64,000 nt of DNA from Octopus sinensis (GCF_006345805.1 NC_042998.1:6386001-6450000); one strand, 5' to 3'; shown: positions 1 through 13,575, numbered from the stretch's first letter. Translations and numbers: made by a program. Notes: generated from the sequence alone by a model not told the origin.

Positions 1-1245
1 CCTGCTAACGTTTCTGCCAGCTCGCTGCCATCCAATTTCTATCAATCTAGTTCTCTTACCATAACAGATCAACCTCAAGCTAAAGCAGAAGACACTTGCC
101 CACAGTGCCACAAGTAGAACAGAACCCAAACCACTTTGATACAAAGCAAATTCTGTGGCCACCCATCCATACTTACGGCAACAGTTGATTTCATTAACTT
201 AATAAGCCTTTACAGAAACCTATTTTGTTGCCATGTACCAATGTTAAGCAGAGAAAGCAATGTTTTAAATGGACTTGTGTAAAATGAAGATTTTTATATT
301 TCAGATAATGGTCAAATGTTAATAACTAAATCCTGCGTGAACCTTCAATAAATATCAGCTTCATCAACCACAAGCAGAGCATCACAATAAGAACTGATTA
401 CTAACCATTCCACCTGAGCAACGTCATTATGCTCATGTCGAATTATAACGATAATAATTCGGATCATCTAAGCAAATATTGAAATGTTTCTCTTTCAAAA
501 TCTATAATTGTTCTGGCTACCTCTTAGCTTCAACACACAATAATTCAAACAAGAATCCTGAAACTGATCCTTAACAATACTGCAGTCCCTCTTTCAACCT
601 ATTTCTGACTATTTGAACTTTTATGATGTGCAGATTATCCAAAAGGTACGTATAGAATGATTGTGTTTAGAATTAAGAATTTGGACAAATACATGTGGCA
701 ATGATTGCTAATTTATACGAAGCTAATCTGGGAAATAAGTCTTAAAGACATTAACAAAACAGCATCCACTGGGAATCGAAACGAGATCAGAACTGCTTCA
801 ACGAAAGAAGAAAAACAACAACAACAAAAATAAGGTTTAGATAATAACAATTTCTGATTTACGACCAGCAATCTCAAGGGGTGGTGTTAGTCAACAGCAT
901 TGTTCCAAGTATTTGAGTAGTAATTTATTTTACCAACCTCAGAGGGATGAAAGGCAAAGTTAATTTGATGAAATCTGAACCCAATAAGTTGTGGCTAATA
1001 ATGGTTTCAAATTTTGGCATCAAGACCAGCAATTTTAGAGCATGGGTTTAATGGATTGCATTAATTCAATCAATACTTATTTTATTGACCTCAAAAGAAT
1101 GAAAGGCATAGTTGACCTCGTTGGAAATTTGAACTTAGAAAGTGAAAAGTTAGAAGAAATGCTGCAAAACGTTTTGTCCGACATGTTAACAATTTTTCCA
1201 GCTCACTACTTTAAGGTATGGTAAATCACCACCACCACCACCACC

Positions 1246-1520
1246 ACCATCATCATCATCATCGTTTAATGTCCGTTTTCTATGCTGGCATGGGTTGGAC
1301 GGTTTGACTTGGGACTGGCAAGCCAGGAGGCCACACTGGACTCCAATCTGATCTGGCAATGTTTCTACAGCTGGATGCCATTCCTAATGCCAACCACTCC
1401 AAGAGTGTAGCGGGTGCTTTTTACATGCCACCGGCACAGGAGCCAGTCAGGGGAGGGGGGCTGACATTGACCCCCCCCCCATTCAGATTGTGCTTTTTAC
1501 GTGCCGCCAGCACAGGAAGC
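1246..1520 (-). mobile_element. Family D retroposon 3' part ((GAT)n tail)
   Basis: Reverse of ggagtggttggcattaggaatggcatccagctgtagaaac...aacccatgccagcat...(gat)n. Confidence 0.8.
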
Positions 1521-2760
1521 CAATCAAGTGATGCTAATTCAATGAGCGAGTAATTAATTCAGTTAATCAAGTAACTGAATCCCCCTCATTATGTAGCTGT
1601 GTTGTTGAGGATTTGCTTCCGAAGCACATGCTCTCAGGTTTGGTCCCAATGCACAATACCTTGGACAAGTCATCTTCTATTAAGGCCCCAGGCTGACTAA
1701 GGCTTTGAGTAGATTTGGAAGGATAGAAACTAAAAGAAACTTACCATATATATATATATATATATATATAGCAAAAAATTCAGGAAAAATTTGGTTTTTT
1801 TGATTTTTGGCTGAATTTTTTCTTGAGAACACATTCTCCATGGAAAATGGCGATTTTGACGTCTCTATCTAGCATACAGGCTGTCCACTTTTAGTGGTCA
1901 TTCCTCTAAATTTTGTATACATATATATATATGGCCCCAGCATGGCCACAGCTCATAAGCTGAAACTGGAAAAATCAAAATCAAAAATCAAATAACTAAT
2001 GTAGGATAAAATTTTTTTCGGGAAAAAAATTTTATCAATGGCCAGCATATCGAAAAATACCTTTAAAGGTTAAATTTATAAATAATTTACAAACATTTGT
2101 CCTTATTTTTGTAAATTATATATATATATATATATATGTTCAACCCATGCTGGCATGGAAGGCATATGTATGATGATGAGATATATATATATATATATTG
2201 TATGTTTTCATGCATGTTCATATGTGTGTATACATATATATTGCATGTATGTATGTGTGTATACATGTCTATATAAATATATTTATGCTTGTGCATGCAA
2301 GTATATACGTGTGTGTGTGTGTGAGGGAACTTGTGTTGCCTTGTCTTCACATTGTGTGATTGCTGTACGTGAATATCACTCATTTTCAATACTCTGCAGA
2401 AACATGGTTTGACCATGTGAACATATTGTCTTGTTTGGAAACAGTTAAAGGCATCCAGCCACAGAAAAATCTACCTCGATAAACTTCAATAGGCCCATGC
2501 AAGCATGGAAATGTGGACATTAAAATAACAACAACAACACTAATGATTTGTATATTTCCATGTTTGCTGGAATGGCAAGTGTTATTAGCACAAAATATAA
2601 TCATTCTATTTCTTTCCTTGCAACAAATCTAGTCATGTGAATCCTCCATGTTACATGTGCTAATGCCTCAGTTACCAGATTTCTGCCGAAATACATTGTC
2701 TTCATTTTAATTCTTTTTCTAAAATAATGAAGAATTTAGTAAACTGATTGTTATTATTGA

Positions 2761-2968
2761 CCCTTTCGCATTTAAACCGGTTATATCTGGCCAAAAGTAT
2801 TCTGCTTGTTTTATGTTCAAACTGGCCAGATCTGGTCTCTCAATATTGTTTTAAAAATTAACAGCTACCTCATCAAATTTTCATAGTTACAAGATAATGC
2901 ATGATTAATTAAAAACGATGTGAATAAAAAAGCATTAATTTGGGCAGAATAATGTGAACACTAAAGGG
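2761..2968. mobile_element. TTAA MITE P1
   Basis: ccctttcgcatttaaac...ctaaaggg|ttaa. Confidence 0.75.
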
Positions 2969-3348
2969 TTAAACCAGCTATATCCAGCCAAAATATTCTA
3001 CCTGTTTTACACCTGGCCTCTCAGAGCTACTTACAAAGTTATTCAAAAATATACAATAACATAGGCGCAGGAGTGGCTGTGTGGTAAGTAGATTGCTTAC
3101 CAACCTCATCGTTCCAGGTTCGTTTCGCTGCGTGGCACCTTTGGCAAGTGTCTTCTACTATAGCGTCGGGCTGACAAGATTGACTTTGCCTTTCATCCTT
3201 TCAGGGTTCATGAAATAAGTACCAGTGAAGCACTGGGGTCAATGTAATCTACTAGTCCCCTTCTCCAAGATTTGAGGCCTTGTGCCTATAATAGAAAGGA
3301 TTGCTATTATTATTAAGGCAGTGAGCTGGCAGAATCATTAGCATTCCA

Positions 3349-3767
3349 GGCACAGGAGTGGCTGTGTGGTAAGTAGCTTGCTTACCAACCACATGGTTCC
3401 GGGTTCAGTCCCACTGCGTGGCATCTTGGGCAAGTGTCTTCTACTATAGCCCCGGGCTGACCAATGCCTTGTGAGTGGATTTGGTAGACGGAAACTGAAA
3501 GAAGCCTGTCGTATGTATGTATGTATATATATATGTGTGTGTGTGTATGTGTTTGTGTGTCTGTGTTTGTCCCCCTAGCATTGTTTGACAACCAATGCTG
3601 GTGTGTTTATGTCCCCGTCACTTAGCGGTTCGGCAAAAGAGACCGATAGAATAAGTACTGGGTTTACAAAGAATAAGTCTCGGGGTCGATTTGCTCGACT
3701 AAAGGCGGTGCTCCAGCATGGCCACAGTCAAATGACTGAAACAAGTAAAAGAGTAAAGAGTAAAGAG
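3349..3767 (+). mobile_element. SINE family A (tRNA-like head, central microsatellite, ...gactgaaacaagtaaaagag tail)
   Basis: Head ggagtggctgtgtggtaag (A box)...ggttcagtccc (B-box-like); about 22 dispersed copies in the window. Confidence 0.9.
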
Positions 3768-5090
3768 AATGTTCAGTGGTATTTCATCCCTCTCTATGTT
3801 CTGAATTCAATTTCTGCCAAGGTTGACTTTGCCTTTCATCCTTTCGGGGTTGACAAAATAAGAACCTGTTACACACTGGAGTTGATGTGATCAACTTCAC
3901 CCCTCCCATCAAATTCCAGGACTGGTACTTATAGTAGAAAGGATTATTATTGTTATTATTCATTTTGTTCTTCATGTACAAGTACATATGTTGTCATCAT
4001 AATTTCTCATTTCCTTCAAATTTAGGAAAACTGAAGCATTTCTGTTGAGCATATTGAAACTTATGCTGTATGTGATGTTTGGCCAACCCTGTATATACAC
4101 TTAGGTATAATTAGTTGATTTTGTGCTCAGTCCCACTGTGTAGCACATAAAGCAAGAATCTTCTGCTTCAACTCTTGGGCTCACCAAAGCCTTGTCAGTG
4201 GATTTGGTTGGCAAATACTGAAAGAAAGCCTTTGTGTCTGTGTGTTTGCTTAAACCTTGCTTGTTTCTGCATAAATTGTGATGTATAGGACGTGTTCTTG
4301 TTATCAGTTTTCCTGTCAACAAATTATCTACTTATATTGCACTTTGAAAGCTGCATGGAATAAGAGATCTCTTTCTTGAAAAATAGGTATGCATTTGCAA
4401 CAGGAAGGGCATCAAGCTGGAACATAGTGCATCAATACATCAATGACATATTCAATTAATACATGCAACATGGAAAAAGAGACATGAAAATGAATGAAAC
4501 ATTCATACATACTATGGCTATGCCCTCCCCACCCCCTCTCAGCTGAGAGGTTCTTGTCTTGAGAGCTCACAGGTGATGGTGCCACATAAAAAGCACCTAT
4601 GCCAGTATCACATACAAACACTTGTACTGGTGCCATGAAAAAGCACCTGTGCTGGCACCTCATAAAAATGCACTTGTGCTGGTACCACAAAAGCACCTGT
4701 ACCAGCATCTCATAACAGCACCCAGTACGCTCCCTAAAGTGGTTGGCATTAGTAAGGGCATCTAGCCATAGAGATCATGCCGAAAAAAATATTTGGAGCC
4801 TGGTGCAGCTCTCCAGTTAACCAGCTTCTGTCAAATTGTCCGATCCATGCCAGCTTGGAAAGCAGATGTTAAATGATGACGATGACGATGATAAAGATGA
4901 TGACACACACAGACAATCTTTTCTGTATTGAATGTTGCTATATTAGGAAGTCTAAATATTGTGAGACCATTCATAGCTTGTTGAGCTACATTGAGGGAGC
5001 ATTAGATTAAAGACTGAAAGCAATGAGGTTGAATTCCCGTTTTCCGGTACGTTGGCGAGTTTCTGTTTTGTTCTTCAAATTATCCCTATA

Positions 5091-5283
5091 GGCGTAGGAG
5101 AGGCTGTGTGGTAAGTAGCTTGCTTATGAACCACATGGTTCCTGGTTCAGTCCTACTGTGTGGCACCTTGGGAAAGTGTTGTCTACTATAGCCTCGAGCC
5201 GACCAAAGCCTTGTGAGTGGATTTGGTAGATGGAAACTGAAAGAAGCCTGTCGTATATATGTGTGTATATATATATATATGCG

Positions 5284-5318
<35 letters not shown>

Positions 5319-5520
5319 CTGTGTTTGCCCCCACCCCCCACCAACATAGCTTGACCACCAATGCTGGTGTGTTTATGTCCCCGTAACTTAGCGGTTCGGC
5401 AAAAGAGACCGATAGAATAAGTACTAGGTTCACAAAGAATAAGTCCTGGGGTCGATTTGCTCGGCTAAAGGCGGTGCTCCAGCATGGCCACAGTCAAATG
5501 ACTGAAACAAGTAAAAGAGT
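5091..5520 (+). mobile_element. SINE family A
   Basis: Full-length match to 3349-3767. Confidence 0.9.
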
Positions 5521-5975
5521 AATCAAAATCCCTATAGTTTGTCTTAGTTGATGAGGATGATAGCAGGAAAGTGTTTTTTTTTGTTTTTCCTTAGTCACAT
5601 ATATACACGTTGATGCCTGATCATTATTAGAAGAAGATGGAAACCAGGGTCTAAATTCCTGGATTCATGTTTGTCGGAGAAGGATTAGAAAGCTTTACAA
5701 GAGTTGAATCCAGATTGTTTGAAATTGTAACTTGCAAAGGGTTAGTGATCTGGAACAAAGTCGTTTTTTAGTAAATTCACTAGATTCCAACTGGCAATTG
5801 ATGCAAGTACTGTTTGCCAGGATGGTTAAATCCGTTGTAATGAAGTTGTCTTAAAACTATTTCATTAAAACAAAACAAAAAAATGGAGTTGTGGTGATGG
5901 TGGGTGATGACGATGGCATTGTCAGCACCATCTATTAAAACTAGCCATGTGAGTTATAAGTTATATATTTGTATT

Positions 5976-6017
<42 letters not shown>

Positions 6018-7229
6018 TGTTTGTTCTGCTGTACAGGACATTGTTTTATGTCTGCAATAGTGAGTGATGGGAAATGATTTAAATCACCTTGTCCATTAAA
6101 CTTCAGTTGCCTTAAAGAAGAGTAATTCAGCTGCTCTTTGCTTTCCTGTAGATGATTTAGTGATCAGTGTTATAAAATATTAAAAGAAAGTATAAGTGAC
6201 CTTTAATCAATTGAGCTACTTGGTGGGGATGGTGGGGACACACAACAAAAACCAAAAATGCAAACAAACAAACAAACAAACAAAGAAACAAGGAAAAAAA
6301 GCCATCTAGAATATAATTTATTTTGGTCTCACTTTTAGAAAAAAACAACATTGTTGATAAATAGATATTATTTAAAAAAAAATTTTTTTGCGATCATTGG
6401 AAATGCTAAGAATAAATTCACACGCACACACGGACACATAAATGGCCATGCACACACATGCACATGCTTACACACAGATGTTCGTGCTACGCACAAACAC
6501 ACACATGTATGTTCATGCTCCCCTCCTCCTATTCACCTTCACAGTATGAAGTTATATATTTTCTAGCCAGAGTTTTAATATAGAATTTAAGTTTTAAATT
6601 TCAAGCAGTGATTTTATTGTGATTTGAAGAAAGCACCAACAAAGACAAAATTAAAAAAAAAAAAGAAAAAGAAAAACAATTATGTTCGTTGATGATATAA
6701 CGAGAATTAAATTTTGAATTTGACATAACCGTTTCAATAACGAACTATTTTCAATTCTTATCAGGATATATTCAAGGCAGTAATTATATATTTATTGATC
6801 TTACATCTTATTTACCGATTTTGATACAAACCTCCTTAGGAATGCCTCTGGTACTATTATACAAACTTCCTGTTTTCAAGCAAATTCAAACTTTCTAACC
6901 AAATTTCATGCTAATTCATGTTTCAAAGACCAGCTTAACCCTCGAGCATTGTTGAATATAATACTCATTTATTGTTTTGAATGAATCATGCAGTATTTGA
7001 TAGCTTTGAGATTTCGATGATGTGATTCTGTATTTTTTGAATGACATTGTAAGCTGGTGTGAGAGGCCTGATGTGGCTGGCTTGAACATCAAAGGGTTAA
7101 TAACGACAAAGTCATTTTACTTATTTCTTCCTTATTTTAGATTAGAATTAAAACGAAGGCAGTTTATTTCAGCAGAAATCTGGTAAACGACACAATGCAT
7201 TATTTTGTATCTTTGAGACTCTGATGATG

Positions 7230-7544
7230 CTCTTTTACTCTTTTACTTGTTTCAGTCATTTGACTGTGGCCATGCTGGAGCACCGCCTTTAGTCAAGCAC
7301 ATTGACCCTAGGACTTACTCTTTCTAAGCACAGTACTTATTCTATCAGTCTCTTTTGCCGAACCGCTAAGTAACGGTTCACCACCGTTGGTTGTCAACAC
7401 ACCGCCGTCGGTTGTATATATGCATATATACGACAGGCTTCTTTCAGTTTCCGTCTACCAAATCCACTCACAAGGCTTTGGGACTGAACCCAGAGCCATG
7501 TGGTTGGTAAGCAAGCTACTTACCACACAGCTACTACTATGCCT
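7230..7544 (-). mobile_element. SINE family A, internally deleted
   Basis: Reverse-complement match with two deletions. Confidence 0.85.
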
Positions 7545-7553
7545 ATATATGTA

Positions 7554-7590
<37 letters not shown>

Positions 7591-7603
7591 TTATATATAT
7601 ATA

Positions 7604-7800
7604 CTTTATTTAAAGCAGCAGAAAATTCAACAAAACCTAGAATCTAGCAAAATTTGTCTGACGAATGGCAACGTGAAACTCAGAGTAACAGGTTTTGTTG
7701 AATTTTCTGCTGCTTTAAATAAAGCATATTACTCTACCACTGGTATTTGAGTACTCTTTTTTCCACCTTGTTTCACATTTATGTGTTTACTCCGGTATAT
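7604..7800 (+). mobile_element. H1 element with an inverted 5' copy (35-bp inverted repeats 7604-7638 and 7690-7724)
   Basis: Perfect inverted repeat enclosing the HHR; downstream sequence matches 31480-31575; inserted between (TA)n tracts. Confidence 0.7.
7648..7697 (+). ncRNA. Type-I minimal hammerhead ribozyme (family H1)
   Basis: CAAAATTTGT-CTGACGA-ATG GCAA CGT-GAAA-CTC A GAG-TA^ACAGGTTTTG. Intact CUGANGA/GAAA core, GUA cleavage triplet, 10-bp stem I (2 G-U), stem II with GNRA loop, minimal stem III. Confidence 0.8.
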
Positions 7801-7815
7801 ATATATATGTATATA

Positions 7816-8050
7816 CAGGGTGGCCCAAAAGTAGGTTTACAGTTATTCAACTATCTCTTTTGCGTTCATATATTAACAGTTTTGATCTTAATTCTAAAAT
7901 AATATGAAACCCTTATTCTATGCTAATTTAGTTAACTTTGTCAACTTCCCTTTTCACTTTGTAAGACAGAAATTTAAATGTAATGAAATATCTTAAAAGA
8001 AATTTAAAGTGCCTACTTAATAACTGTAAACCTACTTTTGGACCAACCTG
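7816..8050. mobile_element. Tc1/mariner-type MITE
   Basis: TA-flanked 29-bp TIRs: cagggtggcccaaaagtaggtttacagtt / aactgtaaacctacttttggaccaacctg. Confidence 0.85.
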
Positions 8051-8520
8051 TATATATAGTCACATCAATACCAGATAAAAATATTTTTTACACCATCAAA
8101 TGGATTCAAAATTTCCACCAAATTTCTTATATTTATACTGAGCACTACTTCATACCATTCTAACTATGCACTTGAAACACTTTCACTCTGACCAATTTAC
8201 TTCCAACTGGAAATCTTAGACTTTTTTTCAATTATTATTTAACCATTCAGCTTGACTCTAGCCATTACCTTCACCCACCCACCCATCCTCTATCTCTCTC
8301 ACTCCACCTCTTAAAAAGCAAGACTAAAACTTGTATTGCTTCTTTAGTCAATTTTCTGTAGCTTTCTTCTGTACAAGACCAAAGTTTTCTTTCTTTATGC
8401 TGTAATTGTTGCATAAATTTAAAACTATTTTCAAAACTATTTATACAATCACACAGTACTCCACTTACCTTTCTAATTGTAAGCACAAACAATAATAAAT
8501 GAATAAATAAATAAATATAT

Positions 8521-8835
8521 GTGTCGGTGGCACATAAAAAACACCATCCGAGCGTGGCCGTCTGCCAGCCTCGTCTGGCACCTGTGTCGGTGGCACATAA
8601 AAAACACCATCCGAGCGTGCCGTCTGCCAGCCTCGTCTGGCACCTGTGTCGGTGGCACATAAAATCACCCACTACACTCTCGGAGTGGTTGACATAGGAA
8701 GGGCATCCAGCTGTAGAAACACTGCCAGATCTGACTGGCCTGGTGCAGCCTTCGGGCTTGCCAGACCCCAGTTGAACCGTCCAACCCATGCTAGCATGGA
8801 AAGCGGACGTTAAACGATGATGATGATGATGATGA

Positions 8836-8838
<3 letters not shown>
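8521..8838 (+). mobile_element. Family D retroposon with two 63-nt modules
   Basis: Modules gtcggtggcacataaaaaacaccatccgagcgtggccgtctgccagcctcgtctggcacctgt, then the conserved 3' end and (GAT)n. Confidence 0.85.
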
Positions 8839-8890
<52 letters not shown>

Positions 8891-9246
8891 ATCCAAACAT
8901 GAACATAGAGAAAACACAACAACGCGAGGACGTGGAACAAGTATAGTGTTATTGGATGCTCAGGAAGGGAAAGAAAGAAGGGGGATTTAACGTTTCAAGC
9001 AGAGCTCTTCGTCAGAAACATAGAAAAAGGAAAGGTCCAAGGAAGGGCCAACGATACACATGCGGTCGGAGAATTCACAAAAAAACAAAACATGAGGACA
9101 GGTGGTGTAGACAAGAAACAGATGTATTAGTTTAACACTCAGGAAGTGAAAAAGTCTTTAACATTTCGAGCCAACGCTCTTCCACAGAAAGAAACAAGGA
9201 GAGAAAATAAAGAATGTGTAGAGGCTAGCGATCTATCATATATATG

Positions 9247-9620
9247 GAATGGCTGTGTGGTAAGAAGCTTGCTTCCCAACCACATGGTTCTGGGTTCAGT
9301 CCCACTGCATGGCACCTTGGGCAAGAGTCTTCTACTATAGCCTTGGGCTGACCAAAGCCTTGTGAGTGGATTTGGGAGATGGAAACTGAAAGAAGCCCAT
9401 CATCTATGTATGTATGTATGTATTTGTGTGTCTGTATTTGTCTCACCGCCATTGCTTGGCAACCAATGCGGGCGTGTTTACATCTCTGTAACTAAGTGGT
9501 TCGGCAAAAAAAGACCAATAGAATAAGTACTAGTCTTACAAAGAATAAGTCCTGGGGTCGATTTGTTTGACTAAAGGCAGTGCTCCAACAATGACTGAAA
9601 ACAAGTAACAGAATAAAAGA
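9247..9620 (+). mobile_element. SINE family A
   Basis: Diverged match to family A. Confidence 0.85.
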
Positions 9621-9649
9621 ATATATATATATATATACACACTTGTGAA

Positions 9650-10268
9650 GACCTGTTGAGGCAAGTGAAAATCAAATCAAACAAATCAAAATAGATGAAC
9701 ATCAATGGAATTTGTATCTTTGTGGCACGTGGCACATAAGAAACCATCCGAACGTGGCCGTAGCCAGTACCGCATCGACTGGCCTCCGTGCTGTGGGCAC
9801 GTAACAAGCACCATCCGATCGTAGCCGTTTGCCAGCCCATAAAAAAACACCATCCGAGCGTGGCCGTCTGCCAGCCTCGTCTGGCACTGTGTCGGTGGCA
9901 CATAAAAAACACCATCCGAGCGCGTGGCCGGCTGCCAGCCTCGTCTGGCACCTGTGTCGGTGGCACATAAAAAACACCATCCGAGCGTGGCCGTCTGCCA
10001 GCCTCGTCTGGCACCTGTGTCGGTGGCACATAAAAAACACCATCCGAGCGTGGCCGCTTGCCAGCCTCGTCTGGCACCTGTGTCGGTGGCACATAAAATC
10101 ACCCACTACACTCTCGGAGTGGTTGGCGTTAGGAAGGGCATCCAGCTGTAGAAACACTGCCAGATCTGACTGGACTGGTGCAGCTTTCGGGCTCCCCAGA
10201 CCCCAGTTGAACCGTCCAACCCATGCTAGCATGGAAAGCGGACGTTAATTGATGATGATGATGATGAT
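9650..10268 (+). mobile_element. Family D retroposon with about 5-6 tandem ~63-nt modules
   Basis: As above; explains the overlapping ORFs at 9571-10248. Confidence 0.85.
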
Positions 10269-10589
10269 ATAGATAAAAATATATATATTTGTATGTCTCT
10301 GCATCTGTGTTTGATCCCACAACCACTTGACAACCAGTGGCAGTATGTTTACATGCCTGTAACTGTGCATTTTGACAAAAGTAACTGATGGAATAAGTAC
10401 TAATCTTCAAAAACAAAGTCCTGTGGTCGATTTGACTAAAAATGACCTCAGTGGGGTCTGAACTCAGAACACAGACAATTGAAACTAAAGCTGCAAGGCA
10501 ATTTATATCCAAAACTCTAATGACTGCCATTATATTAGAGCGGCTGACCAAAAATACAAGAATATAGAATCATGGATGTGAAACTCTAA

Positions 10590-11075
10590 TCATCATCATC
10601 ATCATCATCATCATTTAGCGTCCGCTTTCCATGCTAGCATGGGTTGGACGGTTCTACTGGGGTCTGTGAAGCCAGAAGGCTTCATCAGGCCAGTCAAATC
10701 TGGCAGTGTTTCTACGGCTGGATGCCCTTCCTAACGCCAGCCACTCCGTGAGTGTAGTGGGTGTTTTACGTGCCACCCGCACTGGTGCCAGACAGAGCTG
10801 GCAAACGGCCACGAACGGATGGTGCTTTTATGTGCCACGGCACGAGGGCCAGGCGAGGCTGGCAACGGACACGAAATGGGGCGGTGCTGGCAACGGTCGC
10901 GAAACGGAAAGTTCTCTTACATGCCACCGGCACTGGTAACACATCTGCAATTTCCATTGATCGATTCCATTGATCGATTTCGATTCTGATCGTCACTTGC
11001 CTCAACGGGTCTTCACAAGCAGAGTTTCGACATGCCACCAGCACTGGTAGCACATCCGCAATTTCCATTGATCGA
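10590..11075 (-). mobile_element. Family D retroposon, tail-to-tail with the previous copy
   Basis: Reverse match including diverged modules. Confidence 0.85.
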
Positions 11076-11794
11076 TAATAAGAATTATAATAGGAATTTA
11101 TCTTTGATTCCAGTATATATCTTCCATTATCTTCAAGATTCCATCAGTTGATTATTATCATAAAGGATATAATAACACATCCACCAGAATCATTTGTCAT
11201 TTTGAAAGCAATCTAGAAGAGAACAGATGACAACGCCTAGAAGCTTTCTCACCATTTGAGCTTGCTTTAGCATACTGGATAGCGAAGGAGGAAGAAATGA
11301 AATTGTACTCATTTCCGTGATCAGAAAATAAATAAACAAATGGCTTTTCTAGCTATAAGCTATCATCATCTAATTTCTAACCAACACAGGAATTAATAAG
11401 TCATTGGCTGAAATACATTAATACCAATGTGAAAATTCATATTAAAAATTGTCAACATTTCAATTTCTACAAGACTGTTTGGTTAATTCCAAAACTAACT
11501 TCATGGCAGATAATACAGAGGCATCAATTGCTTCTCTGTCTCTAAAAGACAACAAAAAAAAAGAAGGAAAAAGAAAGACAAAGAAAAGATAGAAAATCTA
11601 TATAGCCAAAAGTAATTTCAAAGAATATAGATTTATTCCGTTTTGAAGATGTTCTCAAGGACGCAAAAAGAAGACAAAATAAAAATGGCATTTTACTTTT
11701 AAGTTGATCATTAAATCAAAAATTAATCACTTACTTTGCTTACTTGAGGAATTTAATATGCAAAAATACACTATCGAAATAAGACACCAATGAG

Positions 11795-11795
11795 T

Positions 11796-11831
<36 letters not shown>

Positions 11832-11879
11832 CATAGAAATATATGTGATACCAGATTTTCTTGCAAGCTAGTTTGCTTC

Positions 11880-11910
<31 letters not shown>

Positions 11911-12266
11911 TATATATACACACACACACACAGATATATATGTATATATACAACACACACACATATATGCATATATACATCATACATACATATATACATC
12001 ATACATACATATATATATATATATTTTATATATAGATATATAGATATATATATATATATACATATATATATGTATATATACGTACATATATGTATACATA
12101 CGTACATATAAATGTATATTATATATATGCATATATAGATACATACATATATACATATATGTATATATATACATATATATATACTTATAGATATATAGAT
12201 ACATACACATATACATATATGTATATATACACACATATATATATATATACTTATAGATATATATAT

Positions 12267-12326
<60 letters not shown>

Positions 12327-12328
12327 CT

Positions 12329-12371
<43 letters not shown>

Positions 12372-12430
12372 TTATAGATATATATATATGTACATACATA
12401 TATATATATACACACACATACACGTGTGTA
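11795..12430. repeat. Compound (CA)n/(TA)n/(TACA)n microsatellite
   Basis: Direct reading; source of the spurious IY/MY ORFs. Confidence 0.95.
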
Positions 12431-12506
12431 GATATACACACCCCTCACTGAAAGTGATAGAAGATCAAACAGCAATTATTCACTGAATGGCCCTGTTTGT
12501 ATAACT

Positions 12507-12750
12507 TTATATCACGTTTCTTTCCGAAACTTGTCCAGACATCTTGTTTTATGCACTTTACCACCAATATAGCACGTTATTTTCCCCCTCATTCTAATTG
12601 GAGACCACAAAGAAGGTTCAAATTCAATTATATCACGTTTCTTTCCGAAACTTGTCCAGACATCTTGTTTTATGCACTTTACCACCAATATAGCATGTTA
12701 TTTTCCCCCTCGTTCTAATTGGAGACCACAAAGAAGGTTCAAATTCAATT
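12507..12750. repeat. 121-bp tandem duplication
   Basis: ttatatcacgtttctttccgaaac... starts at 12507 and again at 12628. Confidence 0.9.
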
Positions 12751-13354
12751 ACTAATTTCAAATTTTGGACTGATATTCTGAAGTGATGAATTTTGGTGGT
12801 GGTGGTGGTGGTGGTGGTGGTGGTGGGTGGTGGCGGCAAACTATAAACACTTTATTTTGTTAAGTTTATTTCTATGGATATTCTATAGAACGCATGGCCA
12901 GCACTGATTTATGCTACAACATTTCGTATTGAGACATCAGATGTAAACAATGTGATTGAAGACAAAAATGGGTAATGAGTGTGTGTGCCCTATTCCAGGG
13001 GCCGTTGCCCCTTCTTCAGCTCTCATCTAACCTCCTATTTGCCTTCTTGATATAAGGTGTGATTTGTCTACTAGATAACAGTGGATTATTGTGTTTATCT
13101 CCTTAAATCTGTAACTCATCATCTTAATATTGCATTACCAAATCAACAGGGATATGTCTACATCAGTTATTAGTAAACTGCAACCCAGACGATCTTTTGA
13201 AAAGTATGCATAGAAAAACACTTTGAATTATTTTAGTAGTGCCACCTGCTTGATGATGATCCATGTCTCATGTAGCCCACTTCTCAAAAACAGTTGCTTT
13301 TACCTGTTAGAAATAGCAGCGATATCACACTCATACCATACTCTAACATCTTAA

Positions 13355-13575
13355 CTCTTTCGTTACTGTATTTCTGTTGAGATGCTCTGTCTTTCTTTCA
13401 ATTATTTGAAATATAACAAAGAATTTAGTAAAATAACTTGGTTATCATTAAGCTAGTATTAGGAACATAAATTATGACTAAGGTTTAGTGGACGATTTTT
13501 AATTCAAAACTTATGAAAAAGGACATTTGTACTACAGAGCCAGAGGCAGTTTCAGCTGGGTTGGTAACGAAAGGG
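13355..13575. mobile_element. TTAA MITE P2
   Basis: Diverged ends; body matches 20301-20522. Confidence 0.75.

Noticed and set aside
335-400. Minus-strand LLVVDEAD, resembling DEAD-box motif II of a later DDX49 exon
   Set aside because: Followed by IY-stop, flanks do not match DDX49, and no suitable splice sites; likely chance.
9829-10100. 63-nt repeats as a CRISPR array or an HDV-like ribozyme (CCAG-CCTCGT-CTGG resembles HDV P3/L3)
   Set aside because: No unique spacers and no cas genes. For HDV I could not place P1, the P1.1 GG pair or J4/2.
11790-12475. Many IY/MY/TH-rich ORFs here and at 26449-30726 and 51065-51538
   Set aside because: Translations of (TA)/(CA)/(TACA) microsatellites.
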